Virus record (IMG/VR): IMGVR_UViG_3300042731_002679
Span: 4,304-68,303 of that record
Source of the DNA: a virus
Strand: one strand, 5' to 3'
DNA length: 64,000 nt
The notes under the pieces were generated by a model, which did no database searches, was not told where the DNA came from, and saw only the letters and a program-made list of their open reading frames with translations. Position numbers and translations under genes: made by a program. Positions 55,098-64,000 of this stretch are shown here, piece after piece. Within the stretch, counting starts at the first letter, position 1, and each line of letters opens with the position of its first letter.

Positions 55098-55758
55098 CGG
55101 CTGTTCTCCTTTTCTCTAATTCGTCTGCCAGGGCATCGCGATAGGTGTAGTGCCTTGGGCCAACATGGAACAACTTCTTACTCGCATCGTGGTCCACATG
55201 CAGGCTGAATCCAGCCTCTCGGGCACGCTGAGAGAACACATAGTCCTGGGTGACGTGGCCATTCTCTTCCGACCAACCCTGGCAGTACCAAGGCCGGGGG
55301 ATCGTCTCGTAGACCTCACGCCGAACCAGCGTCAGTCCTTGCGGCAGCAGGTCCACCTCTTCGACGCCGGTGGATTCCTCGGTCGTCAGCACCGTCTTGC
55401 CACCCTTCTGGGCTGTAAACCGCAGCGGGCTGCCCTTGTTGACCGAGTAGTTGGCCCCAACGATGTCGAGCCGCCTACTTGCCAACAGATGCAGCACGTC
55501 GGGTGCAAACCCCATGTCGTCCTCGATGGAAAGGAAATGCGTCCATCGCAGCCGGTCGTCTTCGAGGTACTTGTCGATCATCCGCTCGTAGTTTGCCCCG
55601 ATGCCGCTGCCCTCCACGCCGTCGGTGACGAGGTGCTGTGTCTCCTCGTCGGCGTAGATTCGCTGCTGGGCGAAGTACGCCACCAGCTTCGCCAAGCTCT
55701 GGGCATAGCAGAGTCGGCAAAGTCCGGTGGACGGTGTTAGGACAGCGACGTTGAACAC
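55078..55758 (-). CDS. GT-A glycosyltransferase-like protein
   Basis: THFLSIEDDM, DIVGANY, G..LV.R.V, QD..FS..A...GF...VD. Confidence 0.75.
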   Translation of the reverse strand: MFNVAVLTPSTGLCRLCYAQSLAKLVAYFAQQRIYADEETQHLVTDGVEGSGIGANYERMIDKYLEDDRLRWTHFLSIEDDMGFAPDVLHLLASRRLDIVGANYSVNKGSPLRFTAQKGGKTVLTTEESTGVEEVDLLPQGLTLVRREVYETIPRPWYCQGWSEENGHVTQDYVFSQRAREAGFSLHVDHDASKKLFHVGPRHYTYRDALADELEKRRTADGCNDQ

Positions 55759-55760
55759 GG

Positions 55761-56066
55761 CTAGCTCCCGTCGGCGAAGACATCCACGGCGGCGTCCACC
55801 TTGGTCTGGATCGCGGCGTCCGACGCACCCTGAATCACGCTGGCATCCAGGTCTTTGTTCGCGGCGAGCATGGCCATGAGCATTTCGCTGGCCGCCCCGA
55901 CCGGGTTAGCGAATGCCTGCTTGGCCCAGATCAGCCGGTTGGCGTGATTCGCCGTCCCGGCATCCTCGTTGCGAATCGCTTCTGCCGCAACGATGCACGC
56001 CACAGCGGTTCGGTTCTTCAAGGCGCTGTCGCCCATCAGGGACTTCAGTTCGTTATAGCTAGCCAT
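55761..56066 (-). CDS. hypothetical virion-region protein
   Basis: AGGAG SD; NHANRL.WA. Confidence 0.7.
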   Translation of the reverse strand: MASYNELKSLMGDSALKNRTAVACIVAAEAIRNEDAGTANHANRLIWAKQAFANPVGAASEMLMAMLAANKDLDASVIQGASDAAIQTKVDAAVDVFADGS

Positions 56067-56229
56067 CGGTTTCTCCTATTGGTTCGATGGTCGCGGAGAT
56101 CACGTCAACCCTGCCTGCCAGGACGATGACGCACTGCTCCGCTTCTTCACGGTCAGCGAAAGGCCCGTACAAAGGACCGTCCGCACGAACGTCGTACACC
56201 GCACGGACGTTGTATTGCGGTTTTGGCAT
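56059..56229 (-). CDS. small hypothetical protein (56 aa)
   Basis: Read manually: CAGGAG SD; MPKPQYNV...YGPFADREEAE. Confidence 0.6.
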   Translation of the reverse strand: MPKPQYNVRAVYDVRADGPLYGPFADREEAEQCVIVLAGRVDVISATIEPIGETDG

Positions 56230-56248
56230 CGGATTTCTCCTGAATTGG

Positions 56249-56680
56249 TTATCCGTGAATGTTCTCCGGGTCGTCGCCCCGCCGGTGGATGCCGGACTGT
56301 GCGGCCAGGTTGGCCGATATTTCCGACCGGGTTCGTGAGCACGTTTCCGTCATCGCTCGGAGGGTGTCGTTCAGCTTTTCGCTGTCAGCGTGCAACTGCT
56401 GCCGCCATTCGTTCTGGTTTCGTTCCTGCCGCTCGGAGATCGTGTCCAGCGTTTTGCGAAAGTTGTCGCGGGACCGTGGCATTTCCTTCGCCAACAGATA
56501 CCACAATGCCCAGGCCAATACGCCGAAGGCCGATAGCTGAACGCCATCGTTGAACCAGGGGGGCGTAGGCATGGATTGGGAAATGGCGGCCGTGTAGAGC
56601 GCGGCGGGAATCGACACCATCGCTATTGTGAGTAGGGCGCTGTGCGTAAACATTGTTCTGGTTCCTGTGTTGGTATTCAT
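56249..56680 (-). CDS. membrane protein with coiled coil (holin-like)
   Basis: Two hydrophobic helices followed by coiled coil. Confidence 0.5.
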   Translation of the reverse strand: MNTNTGTRTMFTHSALLTIAMVSIPAALYTAAISQSMPTPPWFNDGVQLSAFGVLAWALWYLLAKEMPRSRDNFRKTLDTISERQERNQNEWRQQLHADSEKLNDTLRAMTETCSRTRSEISANLAAQSGIHRRGDDPENIHG

Positions 56681-56695
56681 CGCCGCAGCCCCCTG

Positions 56696-58318
56696 TTAGG
56701 TGCTTCCGGCCTCGTAGGGATGGTCTCTGTCGACGAACACCCGCGTCCCGTCCGGCTCGACTACCCAGAAGTTGTTCACCGCGCTGCCGATCCACTCGAC
56801 CAGGCCAAATGACGCCCCGCCTTCCAGCGTCGTGCCCTCGAACTCCGTGCCGGTGCTGCCGTAAATCCAGAATCCCGCCCGCAGGGTCGAGTAGCGGGGA
56901 TCGTTGCCCGTGCGGACCAGTGTGCAATCCTCGATCCGGGCCGAATGGCCGACGCCCCCGGGCTCGCCCAGCAGCACGTTAGCCAGCGGTGACTCCATGC
57001 GAATGTCGCGGTACAGCACGACAGGGTGAGGGCCGGGGTCGCTTCCGTTTCCCATCACGCTCATGCACGCGACTTGCTGGTGGAAGTCGTCCCACAGGTC
57101 CTCCGTCTCGACCGTGACCGAACCGCCCTGGACGACGATGTTGTGGTTCGTCAATCCGCCGCCGACCCAGTAGCCGGTGCCGTAGGCTTTACCGGCCAAA
57201 CGAATGATGATCTCGTTGTCCCGAATGTCGAGGTTGCTGCTGTCGTCGCGGCAACGGATACCATGAGCACTCGCACGGTCGCCGTACTCGCCAGATCGGT
57301 TGATCGGCCCTTCCATCGACAGTTCGACGTAGTTGCCGACCGCCTCCGAGTCGGACCCGCCGCCGGTGAAGCTAATCGCGATGACATGCTCGCCCCTGCC
57401 GTAAATATAGTTGTAGTTGGCCGACACGTTCGTCTTGCCGTAGGCCAGCACCGCCCCAGCGTTGGTCGCCCAGGAGTCGATCATAAACTCGTTGTGCTGG
57501 ATCGTGTCCCCGCCCTGGAGGTTGAACGCCCGATGCCGGGTGGTGATGACGTTGTGCTCGGCGACGATGCCGGTCCCGAGGATGCCAATCGTCGTTACTC
57601 CGACGTGCCGATTACTGATGCCCGTACCGCGATCCCGGACGACGCTGTGATGGAGATACCCGGCATGGCCATCACGCAAGTAGATGGCCATAGAGTCGTC
57701 GCCTGCGTATTCAATCTCAACACCCGCGATTTCTGCACCCTGCATGGCAATGGAGTAGATTGGGTGCTGGTTCGTGCGCGATACCCCTTCACGAATGAAG
57801 CCATTGAACACCTCCAATCCCGAACGGTTCCAGGTGTCGCCGTGAACCCCGTATCCAAACTCACTGTTGCCGTAGGTGATCGTGTGGCCATTCAGGTCGA
57901 GCGTGACCCCGCTGGCCTGGACGGTGATTGCCGTGCCGGGCGCGTCGATGTCGGCCGTCAGGTGGTAGTGGCCGGGGGTAGCAATCGTTGTCGGGGAATC
58001 AATGGGCGTCGAGTTGGCGAATGCCACCGGCTGGAGCGTGACGCCCTGCCCAGTCGGCTGGCCGTCCTGGTAGAACACCGCGTCGACCGCCTCGCCGGGC
58101 AATAGTCCGTCAACGTGCCAGAAGTGGCCGTGCTTGCCGCTGAATGAGGGCCGGGCCGACGACTCGCCTTCGATCTGCAAGTGAACCGACGACGGCTCGG
58201 CGGTTTCGCAGTAGACCACCGCCGCGTCCTGGCTGTCGTGCTGCCATACGTTCATCACCGAGAGAAGCGTTCGCGTCTCCAGTGGTTCGATTCGGCATTG
58301 ACGGGTTGCGGTCAGCAT
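56696..58318 (-). CDS. parallel beta-helix (pectin-lyase-fold) protein with LEPRxLL-type N-terminal motif
   Basis: RIEPLETRTLLS; PG.Y.LT.DI...AI.V....VTLDLNGHTI; repeated N..I. Confidence 0.8.
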   Translation of the reverse strand: MLTATRQCRIEPLETRTLLSVMNVWQHDSQDAAVVYCETAEPSSVHLQIEGESSARPSFSGKHGHFWHVDGLLPGEAVDAVFYQDGQPTGQGVTLQPVAFANSTPIDSPTTIATPGHYHLTADIDAPGTAITVQASGVTLDLNGHTITYGNSEFGYGVHGDTWNRSGLEVFNGFIREGVSRTNQHPIYSIAMQGAEIAGVEIEYAGDDSMAIYLRDGHAGYLHHSVVRDRGTGISNRHVGVTTIGILGTGIVAEHNVITTRHRAFNLQGGDTIQHNEFMIDSWATNAGAVLAYGKTNVSANYNYIYGRGEHVIAISFTGGGSDSEAVGNYVELSMEGPINRSGEYGDRASAHGIRCRDDSSNLDIRDNEIIIRLAGKAYGTGYWVGGGLTNHNIVVQGGSVTVETEDLWDDFHQQVACMSVMGNGSDPGPHPVVLYRDIRMESPLANVLLGEPGGVGHSARIEDCTLVRTGNDPRYSTLRAGFWIYGSTGTEFEGTTLEGGASFGLVEWIGSAVNNFWVVEPDGTRVFVDRDHPYEAGST

Positions 58319-58351
58319 GACACTTTTATTGAACTCGTTCCGCTTTGCGTG

Positions 58352-58462
58352 TTATCGGATTAGCTGCCAGGCTAACCACCAGCCAAGTCCGTAGATGGTA
58401 GCAGCAGCAGCCAGGATAACACCAACCAGCCACAGCAGCCATTTCGGGATAAAGATGTTCAT
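58352..58462 (-). CDS. 36-aa transmembrane peptide
   Basis: Read manually: MNIFIPKWLLWLVGVILAAAATIYGLGWWLAWQLIR. Confidence 0.5.
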   Translation of the reverse strand: MNIFIPKWLLWLVGVILAAAATIYGLGWWLAWQLIR

Positions 58463-58463
58463 G

Positions 58464-58808
58464 CTACTTTTCGTCCTGCCGTCGCTTCCACCACTCATAA
58501 AGTTCCATGATGAGGATGCGGATCAGCATTCCCACCACCTGCATCACAATGAAAATGACGATCGGGTTGCGGGTCTTGTCCCGCGCCCGCTTGATTGCTC
58601 GCTCTTTTACCAACTCACCGAACTGGTCGATGCCAAAGTCGTCGGGCTGTTCGCCAACCGACATCGCCTCATCGACAACGATCTCGGTAAGGTTCCGCAG
58701 CCGGTTAAGACTCAGCCGCCGCATGAGAAACGACTTCTCCCGGGCGGTCGAGACCTTCGCCCAGGCGTCCATCTTCTGGGCGAGGTAGGGGGGCTGTTGG
58801 TGGCTCAT
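58464..58808 (-). CDS. protein with C-terminal TM helix
   Basis: GGAG SD; PIVIFIVMQVVGMLI. Confidence 0.65.
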   Translation of the reverse strand: MSHQQPPYLAQKMDAWAKVSTAREKSFLMRRLSLNRLRNLTEIVVDEAMSVGEQPDDFGIDQFGELVKERAIKRARDKTRNPIVIFIVMQVVGMLIRILIMELYEWWKRRQDEK

Positions 58809-59032
58809 CACTTCTCCCTCCAACCGACCATGAGGATTACGCCGAACGCAAATACCCGGAAGCTCTCTTGGGCAACGGACCCTGTCAATCTTTTGATCCA
58901 CTCCGTTTCCGGCTGGCACGTCACGACCAGAGTTACTACCGCCACCAGCGCCGCACCAATTCCGGTTATCAACACGCCCGGTATGAAGGCCAGCACTCGC
59001 AGCACAACGTACAGGGCGTCACTCAGCATCAT
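58808..59032 (-). CDS. two-TM membrane protein (holin candidate)
   Basis: GGAGG SD; two hydrophobic helices. Confidence 0.55.
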   Translation of the reverse strand: MMLSDALYVVLRVLAFIPGVLITGIGAALVAVVTLVVTCQPETEWIKRLTGSVAQESFRVFAFGVILMVGWREK

Positions 59033-59742
59033 GCGGCCTCCACAACGGTTCGTGCCGCCCAGGCACCGTACCGCCAGTTGACGTTGCTGGGGCTGGCCCA
59101 CTCGCCGAACCCGCCATTCTTCCAGTTGGTGCCCCAGGAATTCACGTCCAACGTCCGACCGTTCCCAAGGTACTGCAACTTCAACACACTATGCCCCCGT
59201 GCACCGTAGACGACCGGGTAGCCTAGTGCAAGAGACGATAGCAGTTCACGGACGGTTGTGATGTCGTAGAACTCTTCCACACGGTACTTGAGTGCCTCGG
59301 CGATTGCCTCTTCGCTCGGCTTGCGGCGGAAGCCTCCGCTCCGTGGATACAGCGACTCGGGAGCGATGCCCTTTTCACGCACGAACCGCAGGTTCTCGTC
59401 GATGCTGCTTCCGGCGTCGCGACCGTGCGACGTGGTGTTGTAGATGAACAGCGGCGACAAGAGGACGAACGGCTGCCCGGAGAACGCCCGAATGACCATC
59501 GTATCCTGCCCGGTCGATTCGGTGGCACACGAACCGTGGCCATTCTGGTCGAGGACCTCTTCCACGAACTGCTGATTGTTCACCAGCGGCCCGATCTCTT
59601 CGATCTCTGCATCGGTCAGCACGTCAAGCCGCTCGCTGTAGAGCGGGAACCATTCACCCGGCCGGCTCACACGCGGCAGGCATCCCGTCGCCCGGCCACG
59701 GGGTACGGGATTCGGCTCCATGCAGGCGTCGATGGTACTCAT
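59029..59742 (-). CDS. papain-like C1 cysteine peptidase
   Basis: DQNGHGSC (Gln, Cys), GHSV (His), NSWG.NW..GG(F) (Asn). Confidence 0.88.
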   Translation of the reverse strand: MSTIDACMEPNPVPRGRATGCLPRVSRPGEWFPLYSERLDVLTDAEIEEIGPLVNNQQFVEEVLDQNGHGSCATESTGQDTMVIRAFSGQPFVLLSPLFIYNTTSHGRDAGSSIDENLRFVREKGIAPESLYPRSGGFRRKPSEEAIAEALKYRVEEFYDITTVRELLSSLALGYPVVYGARGHSVLKLQYLGNGRTLDVNSWGTNWKNGGFGEWASPSNVNWRYGAWAARTVVEAA

Positions 59743-60656
59743 GGGGCGGTCTCCAGAACGGGAATGTACTTGCACTTTCCGCCCGGCTCACACACCCGGC
59801 GATATAGGGTCCGTTCGCTGCTCGCCTCGTCACTGGGCATCGGCAGCCCAGCGTCGACCTCGGCATCGGTGTGCTTGTCGACTAACTCCAGTACCTCGCC
59901 AGCGGTGTCGGGCAGCTTGCCAGACCAGAGAATCTGCATCTTTCCGTCGCCGCGCGGGCCAACGGTCAAGAACAAGGCGGGCAAGCCGATGTCCTTCGCC
60001 TTGTCCGCGTACCACTTCACCCACTCGGCATCGCTATCCTTGTCGAGAATCCGTAGCCGCGACCCGCCGTCGTCCTTCTTGAACAGGTCCCGCACCTTGC
60101 GATCCGTGTAGATGAGGGCCTGCTTCGGAGTCCTATCAGCGGATTCCTCGATAATCACCCCGTATAGTTCCTCGGGCGGAACCGGATCGGGATCGGGATC
60201 AGGGTCCGGGTCTGGGTCTGGATCGGGGTCAGGTTCGCCACCCACGACAATCTCGTAGCTCGCCCGCTCCGTCCTGTCCACGATGTCGATGAGGTAGCGG
60301 CCGGGCTTGCTGGCCTTGAACAGCAGTTGCGGCGTGCTGCCCCAGCGGTGCCAGGTCGAACTGCTGACTTTGTTCGACGTGCCCAGAATCGGCCGGAACT
60401 CGACGCCATCCTCGGGCCAGCAGCGGACCTCGGCCGTGGAAACGTCGGCCAGGCCGATCACCTCCAGGGTGATCTGCTCTCCGACCTCCACGTCTTCGTC
60501 GCCGTCAACCGGGCGAATCTGGAATGAGTCGCCGGGGGCAGCGACCACCTCGGCCACCACCGGCACGTCCAGCACGTCGATCTGCTCGGCCCCGACGACG
60601 GCAGGCATCCAGCACGCCAGCAGCAGGACGACGAACGACCATCGAACTGGCTTCAT
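59739..60656 (-). CDS. secreted protein: beta-sandwich, (PD)n linker, thioredoxin-like-fold domain
   Basis: Signal peptide MKPVRWSFVVLLLAC; PG.Y; EPDPDPDPDP; LP.L.L. Confidence 0.7.
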   Translation of the reverse strand: MKPVRWSFVVLLLACWMPAVVGAEQIDVLDVPVVAEVVAAPGDSFQIRPVDGDEDVEVGEQITLEVIGLADVSTAEVRCWPEDGVEFRPILGTSNKVSSSTWHRWGSTPQLLFKASKPGRYLIDIVDRTERASYEIVVGGEPDPDPDPDPDPDPDPDPVPPEELYGVIIEESADRTPKQALIYTDRKVRDLFKKDDGGSRLRILDKDSDAEWVKWYADKAKDIGLPALFLTVGPRGDGKMQILWSGKLPDTAGEVLELVDKHTDAEVDAGLPMPSDEASSERTLYRRVCEPGGKCKYIPVLETAP

Positions 60657-60694
60657 GGCTTCTGCTCCTTTCTCGTGTGAGGTGTAGAGCGAGC

Positions 60695-60946
60695 CTAGCC
60701 GTAGTTCACGTCGCCGACGATGTTGGCCTTGTCCTTGAGCCAGTTCATCAGGGCGTCGTAGCCGTTGCCACTGCCGTTGGCGATCGCCTTCTTGATGAGC
60801 GGGTCGATCAGGTCGTCGGGCACGAACGGAATGTCGAACGGCTCGATGCCGACCTCGTAGACCGTGCCAACGAGGTTGCCGAACTGCTCCCGTTTGTTGC
60901 TGAGCAACTCGAACAGCGCCGCGTAGAGTTTCGTCGTCTTGTCCAT
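60695..60946 (-). CDS. hypothetical protein
   Basis: AAGGTGAG SD; DIPFVPD..D. Confidence 0.65.
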   Translation of the reverse strand: MDKTTKLYAALFELLSNKREQFGNLVGTVYEVGIEPFDIPFVPDDLIDPLIKKAIANGSGNGYDALMNWLKDKANIVGDVNYG

Positions 60947-60987
60947 CGTCTCTCACCTTTCAGAAGGAGGAAGTGATTGCCGGCTCG

Positions 60988-61446
60988 CTACTGCTTGCCG
61001 GATAGTTTGGTCTTGAGGGCTTGCCGCTGCTCGGCTTTCTGTTTGGGAGTGAACGGAACGCCGCCCCTTTCCGTCTGCTCTTTTCGCTTGATCTCTTTCT
61101 CCACAATATCAGGGGCCACCTCGTATTTTTCCTTGGGCTCGGGGAATCGCGGCTTCACTCCAAGGGTCTCAGAACCCCAGCCCTTTTCTTCAAGTACCTT
61201 TCGGGCATGTCCCCGGGAGTAGATCGTCTGGTTGAGTTGCTCCGAGAAGACGCCGTGCCCCCGCTCGAACTGGGCATCACGCCCGCCCATGAATCGCGTG
61301 TCCGTCTGGAGCCGCGGCGTGGGCATCAGCTTGCGCATGCCCTCGCCGCACTGCGGACACTCCACATTGGGCGTGGCATCCCAGGCGTGCATAACGTCCT
61401 CGGTGATTGTCCCGCAGTCGTCGCATTCGTAGTCATAGAACGGCAT
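60988..61446 (-). CDS. FmdB-family zinc-ribbon protein
   Basis: MP.YDYECDDCG...CPQCG..MRKL. Confidence 0.85.
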   Translation of the reverse strand: MPFYDYECDDCGTITEDVMHAWDATPNVECPQCGEGMRKLMPTPRLQTDTRFMGGRDAQFERGHGVFSEQLNQTIYSRGHARKVLEEKGWGSETLGVKPRFPEPKEKYEVAPDIVEKEIKRKEQTERGGVPFTPKQKAEQRQALKTKLSGKQ

Positions 61447-61460
61447 GGTGGAGGGCCTTT

Positions 61461-63419
61461 CTACGCTGGTCCTTGAGGTGGCGCAGCTTGCTGCTGCTGG
61501 GCAGCCAGCATTGGCATGAGCATTTCCGGGGCCACTTGGAGTTTGCTCAACGGCAGATCGTAGGCGTCCGACAGGAGCGTCATCAGGTTGTTGAACGGCT
61601 GTGGAATACCACCCATCAGCATTTGCGAGAACTGCGGCAGTAGGTTCTGGCTGAGCATTTGGGCGTCAGCCGTCTGCTTCTGCTTGTTTCTCCGCGTTCC
61701 CGTGCCCGACTCGCAGGTGTAGCTGCACTCGGCAGCGGCCACCTCGGGACGGTCGGTATTGACGAACGCGGCCCATGCTGCCGTGAGCGGCATTTCACCC
61801 CGGAGGTTCGGGTTTGTGCCGAAGGCTTGCACGAGTTCCTCGTTGGATTCGTTCTTGATGGCGTGTCCTTCACCGAACAAGTTTGCCACTTCCCGCGGCC
61901 CCACGTTCATCCGAGCCAGCATCCCTTCCTTGCTCGCACAAGCGGACATCCAATTCTTCACGGCGTCGGCGTAGTCTTCGGGGCGGGCGGCCACGTTGCT
62001 CTGGCGCACGCGGACCTCGTAGGCGCTTCGCGGCTGCGTGTCGCCGGTGTTGCCGTACATCAACGGCGTCATGCCCGTGGATTCCTCCCACTTCCTTTCG
62101 GCCGCATCGAGAATCTTCCACGCATCGCCGTTGATCTCGGGGAACTCGATCATCGCGAACAGGCGATTCAGCTCGACCGCCTCGCCATCGTGTTCGCAGA
62201 CCACAAGGTCGTTGCCCTCGGCTAGCTTTGTCTTGATCTGCTCCGCAAGCTGCTTGGCCGCCACGCCGATCTGTCTGCCGGTTCCGCGAATCCTGGCAAA
62301 CAGGTAGGCATACATTTCGTCGATGAACACCTGCAACGGCAGCGCCGCTTCGATGGGGCTGGTGGCGTAAGGGTTCTTCGGGTTGGGGTAGAACTCCAGA
62401 AAGCTCGCTGGCCACGGATTCGACGGCTCCTCGTAGGTCTTCATGTCCCACTCGACGCGGCGAATCAGGTCTTCCTTGTCCTCGCTTTCCAGCACTTCGG
62501 GCGGGATGTTCAGCGGGTGATCCATCCCCGGCATGATCGCCAAGTAGACGTGATCGTTCAGAGACTCCACTGCGGCGGCGAGGTTCTTCACTTCATCGCC
62601 GGCATCCTTGAGGTGCTGCCCAACGCCCATTCGGGACCAGACTTCGTACCACACGCACACGTCCCGGTCGGCGTGGGCGATGTCGTCGTCCTTGTTGGCC
62701 GAGGCTTTGCGGAGGTTGGTCATCCAGTGCGACGACTTCGACGAGCGAATCTTGTTCGCGTCGACGTTGAACAACTTGGCTACCTGCCACACCGACTCCA
62801 CGCGCTCGCGGACCATGAACCCGGCATGGCGGCGCTGCCGACAGTCGGGATCGAAGAACAACCCGTCGATGGTGTCGAAGCTGGAGACCGGCATCCTGCC
62901 GTAGGGGCCGTCGACGAACTCGTGGTAGACAACTCCCATCCCCTTGCACAACGCCTCTTCGCAGGCCATGCGGGACTCGAACAGTAGCCCGTACTCGCCG
63001 GGGGTGTAGTTCAGGTAGTATTCCAGTAGCCAACTGCGAAGAAAGTCGTCCGGTCCCGGGCCAATGCCGATCGGCTGTTCTGCCGTCAGCAGTTCCGCCG
63101 CCATCATGGCTTGATGCAACTCATCCGGCGGAACAGGGATGCGCGGCCTGACCGTGCGATGGGGCACCTTCTCGTGGATGTACGGCAACATGAGGCTGAC
63201 GAACTCACGGACCTTGGCGACCCGCACCTTTTCCGGCCCCTCCTGGTCGCGGGGCATGCGATAGCCCCAGCCTTCCAGTTCCACGGCCAGGTCACGGTAG
63301 GACTTGCCCATGTAGTGCCAGATGGCATCGGCCGTATCGCCGAACTGCTTCTGCTTGACCGTTTTCGCGGTCTCGATCTGCTTGCCCCACAGTTCGGTCA
63401 TTTCGCCAAGGATTGCCAT
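61461..63419 (-). CDS. portal protein (P22-like)
   Basis: 652 aa; W...I..A N-terminus, FFDP, ESTG....YG.....SA.E, Gln-rich C-terminus. Confidence 0.75.
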   Translation of the reverse strand: MAILGEMTELWGKQIETAKTVKQKQFGDTADAIWHYMGKSYRDLAVELEGWGYRMPRDQEGPEKVRVAKVREFVSLMLPYIHEKVPHRTVRPRIPVPPDELHQAMMAAELLTAEQPIGIGPGPDDFLRSWLLEYYLNYTPGEYGLLFESRMACEEALCKGMGVVYHEFVDGPYGRMPVSSFDTIDGLFFDPDCRQRRHAGFMVRERVESVWQVAKLFNVDANKIRSSKSSHWMTNLRKASANKDDDIAHADRDVCVWYEVWSRMGVGQHLKDAGDEVKNLAAAVESLNDHVYLAIMPGMDHPLNIPPEVLESEDKEDLIRRVEWDMKTYEEPSNPWPASFLEFYPNPKNPYATSPIEAALPLQVFIDEMYAYLFARIRGTGRQIGVAAKQLAEQIKTKLAEGNDLVVCEHDGEAVELNRLFAMIEFPEINGDAWKILDAAERKWEESTGMTPLMYGNTGDTQPRSAYEVRVRQSNVAARPEDYADAVKNWMSACASKEGMLARMNVGPREVANLFGEGHAIKNESNEELVQAFGTNPNLRGEMPLTAAWAAFVNTDRPEVAAAECSYTCESGTGTRRNKQKQTADAQMLSQNLLPQFSQMLMGGIPQPFNNLMTLLSDAYDLPLSKLQVAPEMLMPMLAAQQQQAAPPQGPA

Positions 63420-63434
63420 TGCTTCTCGCCTTGG

Positions 63435-63881
63435 TTAGGTCCTGGGGTGCTTCGGAGGACGCCCCGGGCCACGCTTCGGGGTGCTGACCGCGTTGCGAAG
63501 TTCCGTGACTTTCTGCTGGAGGGTGGAAAGCTGCCCGGCAAGGTCGGCGTGAAGCCGCTTCATCCCAAGGTTGTCTTCCTGGACCGCACGGATGATTTTC
63601 ATGGCTTCGCGGCGTTCCTTCTCGCCGGGCGCCAAATCCCATACGGCCATGTGCGGCGCTTCGCGGATGGCGCTCTCTCGCCGCTCCAGGTTCGGATCGG
63701 CGATGTGAACGCAATCGGAATACGCTCGAATGTCCTGCGGCGAGAACATATAGATCGCCACCGCACGAGGAAACACCTCGACCACGATTCCGAAGCCCGG
63801 GTGGTCAAACCGCGGGTTGGGGTCGACCACGACCGGGGTTCCGATGCCAACTTCGGGCATGCGCCATTGAGGCTCACTCAT
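63435..63881 (-). CDS. hypothetical protein with coiled coil and KRGPGRP tail
   Basis: ORF track; AT-hook-like C-terminus. Confidence 0.7.
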   Translation of the reverse strand: MSEPQWRMPEVGIGTPVVVDPNPRFDHPGFGIVVEVFPRAVAIYMFSPQDIRAYSDCVHIADPNLERRESAIREAPHMAVWDLAPGEKERREAMKIIRAVQEDNLGMKRLHADLAGQLSTLQQKVTELRNAVSTPKRGPGRPPKHPRT

Positions 63882-63923
63882 CACAAAACCTTTCGCTTGG
63901 AGGATAGAGGGGAAACAGGAGGG

Positions 63924-64000
63924 TTACATTTTCCGGGCAAGCATGCGGCGGCGGCGTTCGCGATCACGCATGCGGGTCTTCTTTTTCTCGAACTGTTCAC
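63924..64000 (-). CDS. C-terminus of a gene outside the window (terminase large subunit by position only)
   Basis: Open frame ...EQFEKKKTRMRDRERRRRMLARKM* upstream of the portal unit. Confidence 0.35.
   Translation of the reverse strand, partial: EQFEKKKTRMRDRERRRRMLARKM

Noticed and set aside
60183-60235. Hexamer repeat as a phase-variable tract
   Set aside because: Synonymously degenerate codons of a Pro-Asp linker; unit changes keep the frame
1-64000. Stop-codon reassignment
   Set aside because: Recognisable genes are intact in the standard code and end in TAA, TAG and TGA

Overview
This window is most of a temperate-looking tailed-phage genome (high GC). The host is probably a Planctomycete, inferred from an LEPRxLL-type export motif and a csrA homologue. 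Layout: (1) 1-6.4 kb (-): cluster of glycosyl-, fucosyl-, sulfo- and methyltransferases. (2) 6.7-22.4 kb (+): ParB-like pair, CsrA, YqaJ/RecT, replication initiator with iterons, DnaB, RusA, many small ORFs and a tRNA-like RNA. (3) About 22-23 kb: a sharp strand-composition switch, possibly the genome end. (4) 23.4-38.6 kb (+): early-type array of small ORFs, two DNA methyltransferases, an SF2 helicase and a serine recombinase. (5) 38.6-64 kb (-): portal, a papain-protease-containing putative lysis module, receptor-binding/tail genes and two large ejection-like proteins. Main observation: nine early genes carry a conserved motif (CCYGTAGC...GGAG, a hairpin in the clearest copies) over their ribosome-binding site. 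A separate promoter-to-terminator unit of about 80 nt (31621-31700) begins with the antisense of that motif, exposed in a loop. This is a candidate trans-acting kissing-loop sRNA regulon, accompanied by repeated switch-like intergenic elements and a phage CsrA. All calls are by-eye motif recognition; no searches or folding programs were run.
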